A stretch of DNA of 64,000 bases from Candidatus Bathyarchaeia archaeon (lineage in GTDB: Archaea > Thermoproteota > Bathyarchaeia > Bathyarchaeales > Bathycorpusculaceae). Every line of letters begins with the position of its first letter. The stretch's first letter is position 1. The stretch is from NCBI GenBank assembly GCA_050010755.1, contig JBEKKK010000002.1, forward strand, positions 64,001-128,000, given 5' to 3'. The notes under the pieces were generated by a model that saw only the letters and a program-made list of their open reading frames with translations, ran no database searches and had not been told where the DNA came from. Both the position numbers and the translations under genes were made by a program. Shown piece by piece: positions 1-10,293 of this stretch.

Positions 1-108
1 AAGAGATTTCGAACTTGGAGCATCTCAAGCAACTTAAAGGCAAAAGGATTGGGATTGGTGGACCTTGCTGTGCAGAAACAGAAATCTGGAACAGATAGCA
101 AACCCAAA

Positions 109-273
109 CTAACCATCAGCAAGTTCTTCAAGCAACTTTAAGTCTTCTCGTAACCCTTCAATATGTCTGGTTGCCCGAAATTTCAGGACCTTGATGAGGT
201 TCGTTGATTCCCTATTTTTCAAAAACCGCTTAATTTCCTCTCGTTCTTTCTTAGTTAAGATATATAGCCGCAT
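109..273 (-). CDS. small basic hypothetical protein (54 aa, MRLYILTKKEREEIKRFL...), possible mobile-element regulator
   Basis: Manual translation: ATG at 273, TAG at 109-111; below the ORF track cutoff; charged helical composition. Confidence 0.45.
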   Translation of the reverse strand: MRLYILTKKEREEIKRFLKNRESTNLIKVLKFRATRHIEGLREDLKLLEELADG

Positions 274-440
274 AACAATCTCTTATCTGGTTACAACTAC
301 AGTAATAAATAAATACTTCGATTACCACTACAGTAACCGAGGAAATCAAGAATGAACTACGACAATTATCCTGTAGGGGTTCGTAGGCATCAGCCTTTGA
401 GCAACAATTCTTATGCTGATGATAGCCAAAGCGTTGCGAG

Positions 441-463
441 GGGTTCAAATCCCACCCCCCGCA
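441..463 (+). other. 3' remnant of a tRNA-Leu-like gene (att-like scar)
   Basis: GGGTTCAAATCCCACCCCCCGCA = T-loop plus 3' acceptor strand complementary to GCGGGGG plus discriminator A; no 5' half upstream. Confidence 0.6.
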
Positions 464-624
464 CTGTTGCTCACTTCTGGGTTTAAACTGTCAACTTTCA
501 GAAAGCCGCGAGAATCTTACGCTTCATCAGATTGTACGATCGCATCGCTCGATATATCGAGCAAAGCCTGGAGTTACTAATCATACAGCAACCAAGCTCG
601 CTAGACAATTCATCAAAGTAGACT

Positions 625-2319
625 TTACACAAAAACGTTTTCTCTTATTTTTCTGCGGACAAATTTCTCGATGCTTTCATTACTGGTATGGAACCCTTCT
701 AGCTCTTGTCCGCTCAGCATGAGGAACGAATAAGGTTTGGAAGTGTGACGAAGCATCTCGTCTCGAGAATCCCGTGAGAATCCCGAAGTTGAAACGATTA
801 TCGCTAGCTTGATCTTTTCACTGTACGAATCAACTACTGCGACAAAGCTCCTGACCGCTGAAGCGCTCATAGGTCCTTCCAAGTTCTTGCATTCCACTAA
901 GCAATAAGGCGAGTAACTTCTTAGCGCGCCTTTTTCAATCTCAGCTATTAGATCAATTTCGGCGGTCCTCGTTCTTTTTCTGGTTTCTGTAACTTTGACG
1001 CCTTTTATGGAGTTTAAGAAGACTCTGAAATAATTCTCGAGGGCAATGCCTCTCTCGTTTGGGGTGGTTTGCCTTCTCTTTACGCCGTTTCTCCAAAGCT
1101 GAAGCAGTTGAATTTTCAAGGGTAAATCCTTCATTCCTAGATCTTTAATAGTTTCGTTTGAAGGAAGATTGGATAGCTTGTTTAGGTACTGAGCCAGCAT
1201 AGATTTCTTGAAGCTGGTTTTGACATCTTCTTCGCCCAATCTGTCATAAACCACATTTAGAAGGATATTGGCATCTTCCAGAACCGTTCTTCCTTTGACG
1301 AGCTCTTTTTCCACATTAGTGTAAACTTCATTCAAGTGATCTTTTGAAATGACGACATTGCTGGTTTTGGATTTGACGGCCTTAACTATGGTATTAGCGA
1401 AACCAGCATCAACACTTATCGGAGAGAGTGACTGAGACACGGTATTGACTTGCTGACGTAGAGTTTCGTCCGAAAAACCGATAGTTTCCAATTCCTGAAG
1501 GATCAATCTTATTCGGTCTCTAATCGGAGGGTGAGTCGCTTGGATACTATCATGAACAAGATAGTCAGGTGAATTGAGAAACAAACAAAGATATGGGGGG
1601 CCAAGATAGCGCGCCGATATTATGTCCGGAACGATTTCGCTCGTCCATTCGTAAGCCAATCTGACGGAAGATTCGTCTAATTGTCTGTGCGCCATTGAGT
1701 TAAATATATCAGAGGATATTTTTAGGTGCTCGTCGACAATGTGAGCTGCCTCATGTATAAGTGCTGGCAACTTTTTCCAATTGTCAATGTCTATCAGTGG
1801 AACTGAAACAAAATACGGTAGTTTCATTAATTTCTGGATTAAGTTGGCATCCAAAACATTCGAAAATCCAGCTACCTCCTTGCCTGGGAAATAGACGCTA
1901 AACTCTGATCCTACTGTAAAGAACAGAGCATTCTTTATCTCGAACCTGTCAAGAAAATCATACATAAACGCATTCAATTCTAGGAAGGTATTTGAGGAAC
2001 CTAGACTGAACTGATGCAAGAAATAAGCTATCCTTTTCAACAAATGATCATAGAATTCGAGGTAGCCCAGAATTGCTTCCATATTTTTGCTTCCGACGCC
2101 TGCTTCCACGTCCCGCAAAATTCCGATCTTGTACTCAATGCTTCCTTTCAACCATTCCAGCGCTTCTTCAAAAGTCGATATGTTGAATAGGTTTGGCGAT
2201 ACAGCTTCATTTTTCTTGATGTTTTTTAAGTAGTTCTGGACATCCCTGTGTCTTTCCCTCAATAGTTCGACGTATTTTTTCGAAAGGTATATCAATGAAG
2301 CTTCTCGGGACATCTCCAT
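625..2319 (-). CDS. HEXXH metallopeptidase-like domain fused to C-terminal Mrr-like (PD-D/ExK) restriction endonuclease
   Basis: LIHEAAH...WTSEIVPD...THPPIRDRI (M48-like pattern); C-terminal RGIALE...EIDLIA...VECKN...STSGFS (Mrr_cat-like); start moved to ATG 2319 behind a GGAG site. Confidence 0.7.
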   Translation of the reverse strand: MEMSREASLIYLSKKYVELLRERHRDVQNYLKNIKKNEAVSPNLFNISTFEEALEWLKGSIEYKIGILRDVEAGVGSKNMEAILGYLEFYDHLLKRIAYFLHQFSLGSSNTFLELNAFMYDFLDRFEIKNALFFTVGSEFSVYFPGKEVAGFSNVLDANLIQKLMKLPYFVSVPLIDIDNWKKLPALIHEAAHIVDEHLKISSDIFNSMAHRQLDESSVRLAYEWTSEIVPDIISARYLGPPYLCLFLNSPDYLVHDSIQATHPPIRDRIRLILQELETIGFSDETLRQQVNTVSQSLSPISVDAGFANTIVKAVKSKTSNVVISKDHLNEVYTNVEKELVKGRTVLEDANILLNVVYDRLGEEDVKTSFKKSMLAQYLNKLSNLPSNETIKDLGMKDLPLKIQLLQLWRNGVKRRQTTPNERGIALENYFRVFLNSIKGVKVTETRKRTRTAEIDLIAEIEKGALRSYSPYCLVECKNLEGPMSASAVRSFVAVVDSYSEKIKLAIIVSTSGFSRDSRDEMLRHTSKPYSFLMLSGQELEGFHTSNESIEKFVRRKIRENVFV

Positions 2320-2455
2320 CGTGTCAGCTCCAGTAAAACCGTTTGTGTAAATAGGCAACTGCAGTCTACACACAAGATAATTTCAACATAAATTCTTTTG
2401 TATGTTCTGAGCACGTTTTGAGCAGAACATTCGGCAATGTCCAAAAGAACTCTAC

Positions 2456-4666
2456 TCAAACGAACAGATTTTCGCGGATTACCTCTTTTTCGTATTCAGA
2501 AAGTCCCGAACCCTCTAGGAAATCCTTGTTACCTATTTTTTCCAATAATTCGCTTTCACCAAGACCCAGCGGCACTGCACGCTCCAACTTTCTAATTGCT
2601 GAATTAGGGATTCCATATTCCACCAGAATTGAAAGATCATCCCTAACAAAATCGTTTTCAATCTGCTTTGCGAAGAATGAGTAATCTCCAGCGGACAATC
2701 CACATTTTTCGCAGACGAATTTCTGCAGGCTGTTAACTACGCTGAGCCATTTGGGAACTTTGTAGTGGAACCAATGTCTTAGTATGTCAAATGCTTCTCT
2801 AATTGAGTCGTCAATAAGTGCTTGCTCCGATTGGTTCTTTTTGTTTGCTTTGAAGTACCGGTATGTGCTTGCCGCTAGCTGCGAAATATCCTGGCTCCTT
2901 TTATAGTCATTTGTGACCTTGACTAGTCGTTTGAGAGTCATTGGTCTCGTTGTTTCGGTTTTCTTAAGCAAGTTTTTCCAACCTAATGTCAAGACGTATT
3001 CAAGTTGTCGATAGTTTGGAAGACCACTCCAGTAAAGAAGTTCACGTTTCTCTAGAATCTCTTTCTTAAGACAATCAAGAATCGCTGCTTGACCTTTTAC
3101 TAGGACACCATTTTTCCTGAATAGGTCCCTTTCTTCTTTGGGGATTTTCTGAAGATCATTGTATTGCTCTGTTTGTTTGTTTCTGACGTCTTCTTCATCT
3201 AGCTGAATCAATACTTCATCAGAGATTTTCTCGGTTTGTTCAAAAAAAGGTATGTCCACTATAATTCTTTCCTTTTCAGGTGGTCTATTAAAATTAAAAA
3301 TCCTTCCGACATAATGAATCATCATCCTCCCAGATCTACCCTTAATGTTGTTGTAATCGAAGTAATCTATCGCTTTTCTGTATCCCTTGTACTTGTCAAA
3401 AAATACTACATTCTTGGCACTCGTATTTACTCCTTCAATTATCGTTGTTGTGCAGAACAGATAGTTTAGTTTGGGCGCATTAAAGTAACGAATCATCGAA
3501 GAGGTTAAATGCCTCTGTAAAGCCCCATCATGTATTCCAATTCCGTGATTTAAGCACTCAATCAATCCCCATCTTTCGTTGACATTTTCCTTAATCCAAT
3601 CAACAAGATTTAGTTCTTTACTAGCAACATCAGTATTTTTGTCTTTTAGATAGTTGCAGAATTCTCTCGAGAGATATCGCACCTTGTGTGGTGACGAACA
3701 ATAGATTATCGTTTGCTCGTTTCGTAGACTATAGAGAAGATCGAACAAAGCCTTTTCTTTCGCTGTCTTCTTTTTCCCTCGTTCACCAAAATCCTCTGAG
3801 CATTTATCGATCACTCGATTGTCAACCAAAGTGTACGTAGTTGGGAAAAACGTCGCGTTGTATTTTTCAGCAAAACCTGCCGAAATACCGTCGATATTGG
3901 GCCCGAGCAAATAGAACTTGCTTTTATGTTTACTAAGCAACAAATTAAAAGCATTATTCAAGACGTCAGATCTTTCTTCATCTCTGTTCGCGCTCAACTT
4001 ATAGAATTCGTCTACAACGGCGAAGTCTATTTGCGGGAGTTGAGGATATTCCATCACTCTCTCAGCAGTGAACAGAAATATGTTTCCTTTCTCTCTTGAG
4101 AAATCTTGAGAAGTTCGCACAATTACCTTGTAATAGTCGCCATATCTCTGCAATTTCTTTCTCGTTTCATCTATTAATGCGAGCGTGGGTTGAATAATAA
4201 CTATGTTTTTGTACTTTTTGCTCGCCACAACTTCTTGTATTAAAAGGCTTTTTCCAAAGCTTGTTGGAGCACTTGCTATCACATTTCTTCCTTTTTTCAG
4301 TAAGTCAGAGAGAAATCTCTGCTCTTCGTGAAAGTAGCACTCATGGAGATAATCTGAGCCATAAGTTCCCTTTCTAATTTCACCAGCCGTGTTCTTGAAG
4401 ACTAAATTTACCTTTTCTTTTTCAAGATATGGATAGAAGCCTGCAGACTCAATTAAATCCGTCCACATTTCACGGGTCGAAGTATCGATCTTGGTCCAAT
4501 TATCAAGAACATTTATAATTATTCGTCTTCCCATCTCTTCGGTTTCTGCTTTTCCTAATAATTCTGAACATGTTTTCGCGATATCGAAACTTTTGCTCAT
4601 ATCTACGAGATTTGTAGCCACCAGCTCATCGATTATTTTTTCAACTGAATTCTCCAACATCATCAC
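2456..4666 (-). CDS. hamB: Hachiman HamB-like SF2 (Ski2-like DEAD/H) helicase
   Basis: APTSFGKS Walker A, VVDEFYK motif II, TTTIIEGVN, KGRSGR motif VI; abuts the hamA-like gene. Confidence 0.85.
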   Translation of the reverse strand: MMMLENSVEKIIDELVATNLVDMSKSFDIAKTCSELLGKAETEEMGRRIIINVLDNWTKIDTSTREMWTDLIESAGFYPYLEKEKVNLVFKNTAGEIRKGTYGSDYLHECYFHEEQRFLSDLLKKGRNVIASAPTSFGKSLLIQEVVASKKYKNIVIIQPTLALIDETRKKLQRYGDYYKVIVRTSQDFSREKGNIFLFTAERVMEYPQLPQIDFAVVDEFYKLSANRDEERSDVLNNAFNLLLSKHKSKFYLLGPNIDGISAGFAEKYNATFFPTTYTLVDNRVIDKCSEDFGERGKKKTAKEKALFDLLYSLRNEQTIIYCSSPHKVRYLSREFCNYLKDKNTDVASKELNLVDWIKENVNERWGLIECLNHGIGIHDGALQRHLTSSMIRYFNAPKLNYLFCTTTIIEGVNTSAKNVVFFDKYKGYRKAIDYFDYNNIKGRSGRMMIHYVGRIFNFNRPPEKERIIVDIPFFEQTEKISDEVLIQLDEEDVRNKQTEQYNDLQKIPKEERDLFRKNGVLVKGQAAILDCLKKEILEKRELLYWSGLPNYRQLEYVLTLGWKNLLKKTETTRPMTLKRLVKVTNDYKRSQDISQLAASTYRYFKANKKNQSEQALIDDSIREAFDILRHWFHYKVPKWLSVVNSLQKFVCEKCGLSAGDYSFFAKQIENDFVRDDLSILVEYGIPNSAIRKLERAVPLGLGESELLEKIGNKDFLEGSGLSEYEKEVIRENLFV

Positions 4667-5599
4667 CTAAATATTCTGAAGCATCCATAATTTCTCGTGC
4701 ATTTTCCTCACCAGGTCATCCTTGCATTTTACTGGAAAAAGCATTAGGATTATGTTCAAGTTTGTCTTAAGTGGGTGGTCATTATGCTTGTCAAAATAAT
4801 CCCTTAATTCATTCACCTCTTGTTGATAGTCTGTAATGAACTGAGGCAGAGCTTCATCATTATACTTGACGAAATTCTGGCTTGAATATGTCAGCAGTAG
4901 CGGAATGGTTACAGAGTGAAGAACGTCGAGTAGTTTCTTGCTTCTGTGCATTAGATCAAGCCAATATTCTTTATGCGGTATTTCTTTGTAGAGTTTTATT
5001 CTCTTTGAGATAATCGCAAATTCGTCTTGAAGATAATCTCGCTTGAAGTGATCTTTCACGTCCTTTAGCAAGGCGCTAATTCCTTTTCTCCCGTTTGTAT
5101 ACAGCTTGGATTCCCCGAGCCACAGGCTTTTTTCTGGAGGATAAATATGCACAGCATCAAAGCCATGTGGAGGCAATCCATAAGAATCCTTGAAGTAAAT
5201 CTTTGACAACAAAGGAACGGTGTTGTTGAAATCTCTCAAGATGAGATGAAGTACTAATTCGCCAAATTCTCCTCTTTCAAGGTATTCCTTCTCTGCGCTT
5301 TCGTCAGAAATGCATCCTCCTTGTTGGTAGATTTCCCACAAATCTCGGAATTCCTTTATTTTGTATATGGATTTTGCAGCTTCACGCAGCTTTTCCACCA
5401 TGTTAATCGAAGTGATTTTCTCGTCACAATAATATTCAAAAGCAAATTCGGGGATCACATTCGTCAGAAGAGTTATCAATTCATCCAATCGGTAATATTT
5501 TTTACCATCATTGTTTGAGTCAAATCCCACAAAATAAGTCTTAAAATGAGCGTCTGATATCTTTTCAGTTATAACTTTCGCTGCTCCAAACGACTGCAT
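4667..5599 (-). CDS. hamA: Hachiman HamA-like nuclease (DUF1837)
   Basis: RGEFGELVLH, GFDAVH, LWLGESKLY motifs typical of DUF1837; directly upstream of the helicase. Confidence 0.85.
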   Translation of the reverse strand: MQSFGAAKVITEKISDAHFKTYFVGFDSNNDGKKYYRLDELITLLTNVIPEFAFEYYCDEKITSINMVEKLREAAKSIYKIKEFRDLWEIYQQGGCISDESAEKEYLERGEFGELVLHLILRDFNNTVPLLSKIYFKDSYGLPPHGFDAVHIYPPEKSLWLGESKLYTNGRKGISALLKDVKDHFKRDYLQDEFAIISKRIKLYKEIPHKEYWLDLMHRSKKLLDVLHSVTIPLLLTYSSQNFVKYNDEALPQFITDYQQEVNELRDYFDKHNDHPLKTNLNIILMLFPVKCKDDLVRKMHEKLWMLQNI

Positions 5600-5792
5600 G
5601 TCCAGTCATTAAGGTTGATCGCTTTTTAACTTTTGGCATGGAAACATGGGCTAGGTTTGTCCAAAATAAAGGAAACATGAGGGAGCCGCCCTATTTCGAG
5701 AGCCTTTTAAGCCTAATAAATGTCATAGTTAGCCTGTAACGGCTTGAAATATGACCGAAATTGAAAATAATCCTGAAACAATATCCGATGGC

Positions 5793-5821
5793 CGACGAGA
5801 GTTCGAATCTCTCCGAGGCTA
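5793..5821 (+). other. 3' remnant of a tRNA-Gln-like gene (att-like scar)
   Basis: CGAC-GAGAG-TTCGAAT-CTCTC-CGAGGCT-A: variable loop, perfect T arm, acceptor strand implying a 5' AGCCTCG start; no D or anticodon arm upstream. Confidence 0.6.
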
Positions 5822-6145
5822 ACGCACCTTCAACCCCTCTAAACAATGCAAATCGACCGCCTTTTCGGTATAAAAGCCATAGAAATTGTTGTTTAATCGC
5901 GGACAGATAGAACAATTTTCTAGAAGGTTCAAATTCTCGGCTTGATATGAACCCCCAACTTTTACTTGATGGTTATAATTGCTGCGTCCAACTGAACAAT
6001 AGAATAGCGAACGTTGTGAGATACGATGTTTCAAGAACCCGCAGACTTCTTTTGATGCGATCTGGAGGCATCATTCGAAAGTCAAGTTGTTGAAACACAG
6101 GTGAAAGAAGTGAGTGAGCGAAACTGTACTTAATCTAAAATCCGC

Positions 6146-7729
6146 TTAGAAGGTTAAGCCCAAACTGTCCATCAATTTGGAGCCTTGTTTTGGTTCTCCT
6201 TTAATCCTAGGTCCAGAACACTGGACATTGATTCCGAAAATGTCGGCACCGAACCCATCGAATATCAGTGTCGAAATGTTGGGCGGATTGACGTCAACTA
6301 TTTTTCCAGAATCTACCTCTTCACAATCTGGAACCGTATTTGTTATGCTCACGATTATTTCATCTAATTCACCTATCGGACAAGCAAGTCCATTCGCAAA
6401 GAATTCTTGATCGTCTTGCAATAGCCTAATTCTTCTGCGAAAAGGTCCATCAATAGGGGTTTCAGGCGTATTCCACGATTCTTGAATCGTGTACTTGGTA
6501 GAAGACAACGACTTGCCTGTGACGATCACTCCTTCATACGTGCCAATTTCTCTTTCCCTGCGCGATAATTCAAAAACTTCTCGATTTATCCCTCCCAGTA
6601 TCTCAAGTTTCATTCTCTTTTTGGTTTTTGAAGCCCAAGAGCAATATCTGAGAGGTTCCATAGTGAAATGTTCTATCCTCACTCGACTTCCTTCGAGGCG
6701 ACTGAAATGTTCAAAAGACTTGTAAATATCCTCAAACCCGCTCCAACTCGTAGGAATGCAACTCAAATAGAAGTCTACACCAATATCTAGAACCCAATCT
6801 CCCTTCCTATATGCGTAGAGCACCAGAAAGCAGGTTCGATCATAATGTTCGCCGTAACATCCTTGCATTATTCCGCCTACTGCAGCTCTACTATGTTTTC
6901 TCAACTCCGTAATCAGATTTTTTGCACCGCAACCATAAGTATACTTGTGGTCTTCGGAAATCGTCCAATTGAGTGATCCATATGTCGAAAGCAAGTAAGA
7001 GGCAAACTTCCATTTTTGCTCAACTTCTTGAGCAAATTTTCCAAACTCTTCGATTTCACCATCGCATGGCGGTCTAGAACTGGCGTACACACAAGCTCGA
7101 GTTCCCCCGATCTGAGGAGGAGGAACCCATGTGAAATGAGGAATGAATACTGGAATCATCGCAAGCGCCGATAGTATTCCCCTTTTTTCAGTTGTTCGCG
7201 AAATTGCAGGTTTCGTTCCAATTATGACGATACTATTATTTCCATTCATGGAAAATCTTTCGCCCAGCCTAATTACTTCGACGGCCCTCCCTAACCCTTC
7301 CTTAGTGAGTTTTAGCAAAGCGCAACCCAATTTTTCCCAGTCTTTCTCGCAGGGCACCCTTTCTCCGATTAAGCTGTGATAAATCTCACTGACCTTTCTG
7401 TATTTTAGTTGCACTTTTCGGTGTTCACCGTGCTCACGTGCATGAATGAAATGGTGCCTCAATTCACTTATGGATAATCTCATTGAATCTACCCATGGAT
7501 CACTTGGAAGCCGCTTCCCATCAGCAGAAGACTCGATTATGAACTTGTACAACTTCTCTACGAGCTTATGGAAGTCATCTTCTGATCGGCAAAGAAACGA
7601 CGACAGTTCAATTACTAGACGTTCATTTTCCAGTACTGTACTGAATATTGGGTCTTTCCCTTGAAATCTAGCTGCCTCATTACACCTTATTCTTGAAGAA
7701 ACAATGTCAGTAACGATCTCGTTAGTCAT
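6146..7729 (-). CDS. hypothetical protein with N-terminal HEPN-like Rx4H motif
   Basis: 527-aa ORF; ELRHHFIH in a helical N-terminal region; defence-island context. Confidence 0.55.
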   Translation of the reverse strand: MTNEIVTDIVSSRIRCNEAARFQGKDPIFSTVLENERLVIELSSFLCRSEDDFHKLVEKLYKFIIESSADGKRLPSDPWVDSMRLSISELRHHFIHAREHGEHRKVQLKYRKVSEIYHSLIGERVPCEKDWEKLGCALLKLTKEGLGRAVEVIRLGERFSMNGNNSIVIIGTKPAISRTTEKRGILSALAMIPVFIPHFTWVPPPQIGGTRACVYASSRPPCDGEIEEFGKFAQEVEQKWKFASYLLSTYGSLNWTISEDHKYTYGCGAKNLITELRKHSRAAVGGIMQGCYGEHYDRTCFLVLYAYRKGDWVLDIGVDFYLSCIPTSWSGFEDIYKSFEHFSRLEGSRVRIEHFTMEPLRYCSWASKTKKRMKLEILGGINREVFELSRREREIGTYEGVIVTGKSLSSTKYTIQESWNTPETPIDGPFRRRIRLLQDDQEFFANGLACPIGELDEIIVSITNTVPDCEEVDSGKIVDVNPPNISTLIFDGFGADIFGINVQCSGPRIKGEPKQGSKLMDSLGLTF

Positions 7730-8051
7730 GGAGACACCTCATCGATATTACCTCTCCCTTATGTGATATTAAAAAGAGTGTTCCTTAGTGTGCGCTATTT
7801 ACAGTTGCGCTTCTTCAAAAATCAAGAAAGTCTTTAGAGACTTGAATGGTACGTGCGCGCCTTTAACAACGATTAGAAATGTGTGCAGATTGAAGTGGAA
7901 TTCGAGACCAATTGGGTTCCGAAAGACGAGGAAGAAGTCAAAAAAATTCATTCAACTTGGGTATGATAACAAGTTCAACGAAAAATAGTGAAAAATGTCA
8001 AAGAAAAACTGCAAGGTAGGCAACCAAGAATAGGCTGAGACTAACGCGCCG

Positions 8052-10100
8052 CTAAAGCTTTGGATGTTTCATAACTGCAGCACGGTTTTGAATGTCGAAC
8101 GCACATTCTAGGATGGAATTGATTGTTTGGGCAAGTGCAAGTGGGTTCTTGATCATCAGCGCATGAACGAACTCATGCATGAATATTGGTTTCCCAACTT
8201 TGCCTCCACGCCTGCTGACAGAATCTGCCACCTTTTTGTAAAGTTTTGGATCCAGATTCCCCATGAATTTCTCTACATCTTCCTTGAAAAAGAAGACTCT
8301 ATGCTTACATGCATCGTCGGACACTTCCGACTCTATGATCCTGTAGTCTCCATTGCCGCTGTATGAAAAGGCACGCCCTCTGAGGTCAGACTCATCTTGG
8401 TTGTCCCCGTCTGCCACCACGGTGTAGGGCACACAAAAATAATTAAGCAGTTTGTGATACTTCGGAAGCCCGCACTTCCCTCCAGCATCCACAATAACGT
8501 CCTCGTATGTGTCTGGTTCCATATTGCAAGCGTCCGAAACGGCCTCCAGGAACCCCCGATCTGTCTCCCCTTCAACCAACAGAACATGACGCGCGAAAAA
8601 TATTCGAGTATCTATCTGGTAGGACAGCCTGTACCTTTCCGTGCTGGACCAAACATTCTTTGTGTCTAACACGGTCGCCACGCTCTCTTTGACAGGTCTG
8701 CGAACATGGATGATCGATGCATCTCTCTCAAAAAGAAGATAACGCAACAGTGTGGGCGAATGCGTGATGACTACAAGCTGGTTCGACGGCTGTTTGGCCA
8801 TCTTAAAGAGGGCTTTCATCTGAGCTGGGTGTAGATTGACGGCGGGCTCGTCGAGTAACACTAAAGAATCTTTCAACCCGATGAGGGCGGTCAATATGAA
8901 CAGGGATTCGGATATTCCGGCACCCACCTTGTCCATAAAGAACTGTTTTGAGTTTCTTGCGTCTTTGACAACGACGTGGGGATAACGAAAATCATTGTTG
9001 GAACCTGGCGCCACCTGTTGAGAAGCCCGGTGCATGCTCAACGGGAGGATCACAACATCAAGGGTGAGATTGGCAAAGAGCGTGCCGAACATATCTTGAA
9101 TGAGACCAAATCTCTCACGTTCTTCTGGCAGATAAGAATTCTTAAGGCCATACAGATACTCTGCAAGATTCCAACCGTCTGGCTCCAAGATAGCTGGAAG
9201 TCTTGTCGAATCAATTATCTCCTGAGCAACCGTTTTTTGTGTGCCTGTGCTCTCTTCGAACTGAAGGGCCTTTCGAAAGAAGATTGTTCCTCCACTGGAA
9301 AGGAAAAATGCGTGCTTGAAAATTGCAGCTACCATCTGAGAGAATGAAATACTGTAACCATAGTTTGGACCGAAACTCAGTCCAGCAAACCTGAAAAGCC
9401 TATCCAGAACCATCCAGTCAGCTGTAGGATTTGCTAGGTTACTACCGGAAACTGGCGGAACAGGGAAATACCAGCCTTTCGATCCTGCAAGTTGTGACGC
9501 ATTGGCCGTTTCTGGGTTTTCTGTAGCGAGGCTTTCGATAAACTGGGGAAGTCTATCATGAGGGGTCGAACCTTGTGGAAACGGAAATTCGGGCGCAACA
9601 AACGCTGTCGCTTGCGGTGCTTGACTGTAAATCTTCAGACCAAGGCCATCAATGTAGAAGATGCAGATTGGCGATAGCGCTGCATTATTTGAAGGTTGCC
9701 AGATCACCTCTATGCGCAAGGTTTTCAATAAGTCTGCAACCTTCATCCGATTCTTGAACGAATGAACAAAGGTTTGCTCAATATTGCCTTGGGTTTTTAA
9801 TTGATACACACTGAAGAAATCGAGTAGGGTTTCCGCCTCTTCGTCGGAAAACCGAATACAGACCTCCAGTCGCGGGTCGGAAAGACGAGAGAAGATGTCT
9901 GCATCGCTGAGCGCAGAACTGATGGTTAAGGTGTCAACAAGCAGCTTGAGTGCACGAAAGATGTTAGATTTGCCCGAGTCGTTCGGACCCACAATCACAC
10001 TCACTTCGGAGAAAGAAATCGTATCGTGGTCCGAGTTGGCCGCACTGATATCGCCATACGAATACAGGTTTGAGATTCTGAGTCGGTCAATGTGCACCAT
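8052..10100 (-). CDS. OLD-family ATP-dependent nuclease (ABC ATPase + TOPRIM)
   Basis: GPNDSGKS Walker A, LLDEP Walker B, ITHSP H-loop, VLLVEGETD and DGD TOPRIM motifs. Confidence 0.85.
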   Translation of the reverse strand: MVHIDRLRISNLYSYGDISAANSDHDTISFSEVSVIVGPNDSGKSNIFRALKLLVDTLTISSALSDADIFSRLSDPRLEVCIRFSDEEAETLLDFFSVYQLKTQGNIEQTFVHSFKNRMKVADLLKTLRIEVIWQPSNNAALSPICIFYIDGLGLKIYSQAPQATAFVAPEFPFPQGSTPHDRLPQFIESLATENPETANASQLAGSKGWYFPVPPVSGSNLANPTADWMVLDRLFRFAGLSFGPNYGYSISFSQMVAAIFKHAFFLSSGGTIFFRKALQFEESTGTQKTVAQEIIDSTRLPAILEPDGWNLAEYLYGLKNSYLPEERERFGLIQDMFGTLFANLTLDVVILPLSMHRASQQVAPGSNNDFRYPHVVVKDARNSKQFFMDKVGAGISESLFILTALIGLKDSLVLLDEPAVNLHPAQMKALFKMAKQPSNQLVVITHSPTLLRYLLFERDASIIHVRRPVKESVATVLDTKNVWSSTERYRLSYQIDTRIFFARHVLLVEGETDRGFLEAVSDACNMEPDTYEDVIVDAGGKCGLPKYHKLLNYFCVPYTVVADGDNQDESDLRGRAFSYSGNGDYRIIESEVSDDACKHRVFFFKEDVEKFMGNLDPKLYKKVADSVSRRGGKVGKPIFMHEFVHALMIKNPLALAQTINSILECAFDIQNRAAVMKHPKL

Positions 10101-10293
10101 GAATACAAAAGATGATGTAACTCCTAATGAAGATTATGGGCGGTCGATAATCATGTATTGTCAAGTTGGTATAGAGCGCGCGCTAAGATTCATATTCCTT
10201 ACATGAACAATTTAACACTTATCAGGTGCTAGGTGACGAGGAGGCTAGGAAATGAAGAATGCAGCGCGTGCTCGGGGCGGTCTCTGGCTTGAA

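Noticed and set aside
922-1614. TAGCGCGC copies at 922 and 1607 (and GCGCGC inside other CDSs) as cassette boundaries
   Set aside because: They lie inside intact reading frames and are compatible with chance Ala/Arg codons
5731-5821. Complete (intron-containing) tRNA starting AGCCTG at 5731
   Set aside because: The acceptor stem pairs imperfectly and no D arm or anticodon arm can be formed; only the 3' part is tRNA-like
8052-10100. Gabija system
   Set aside because: No adjacent UvrD-like GajB gene
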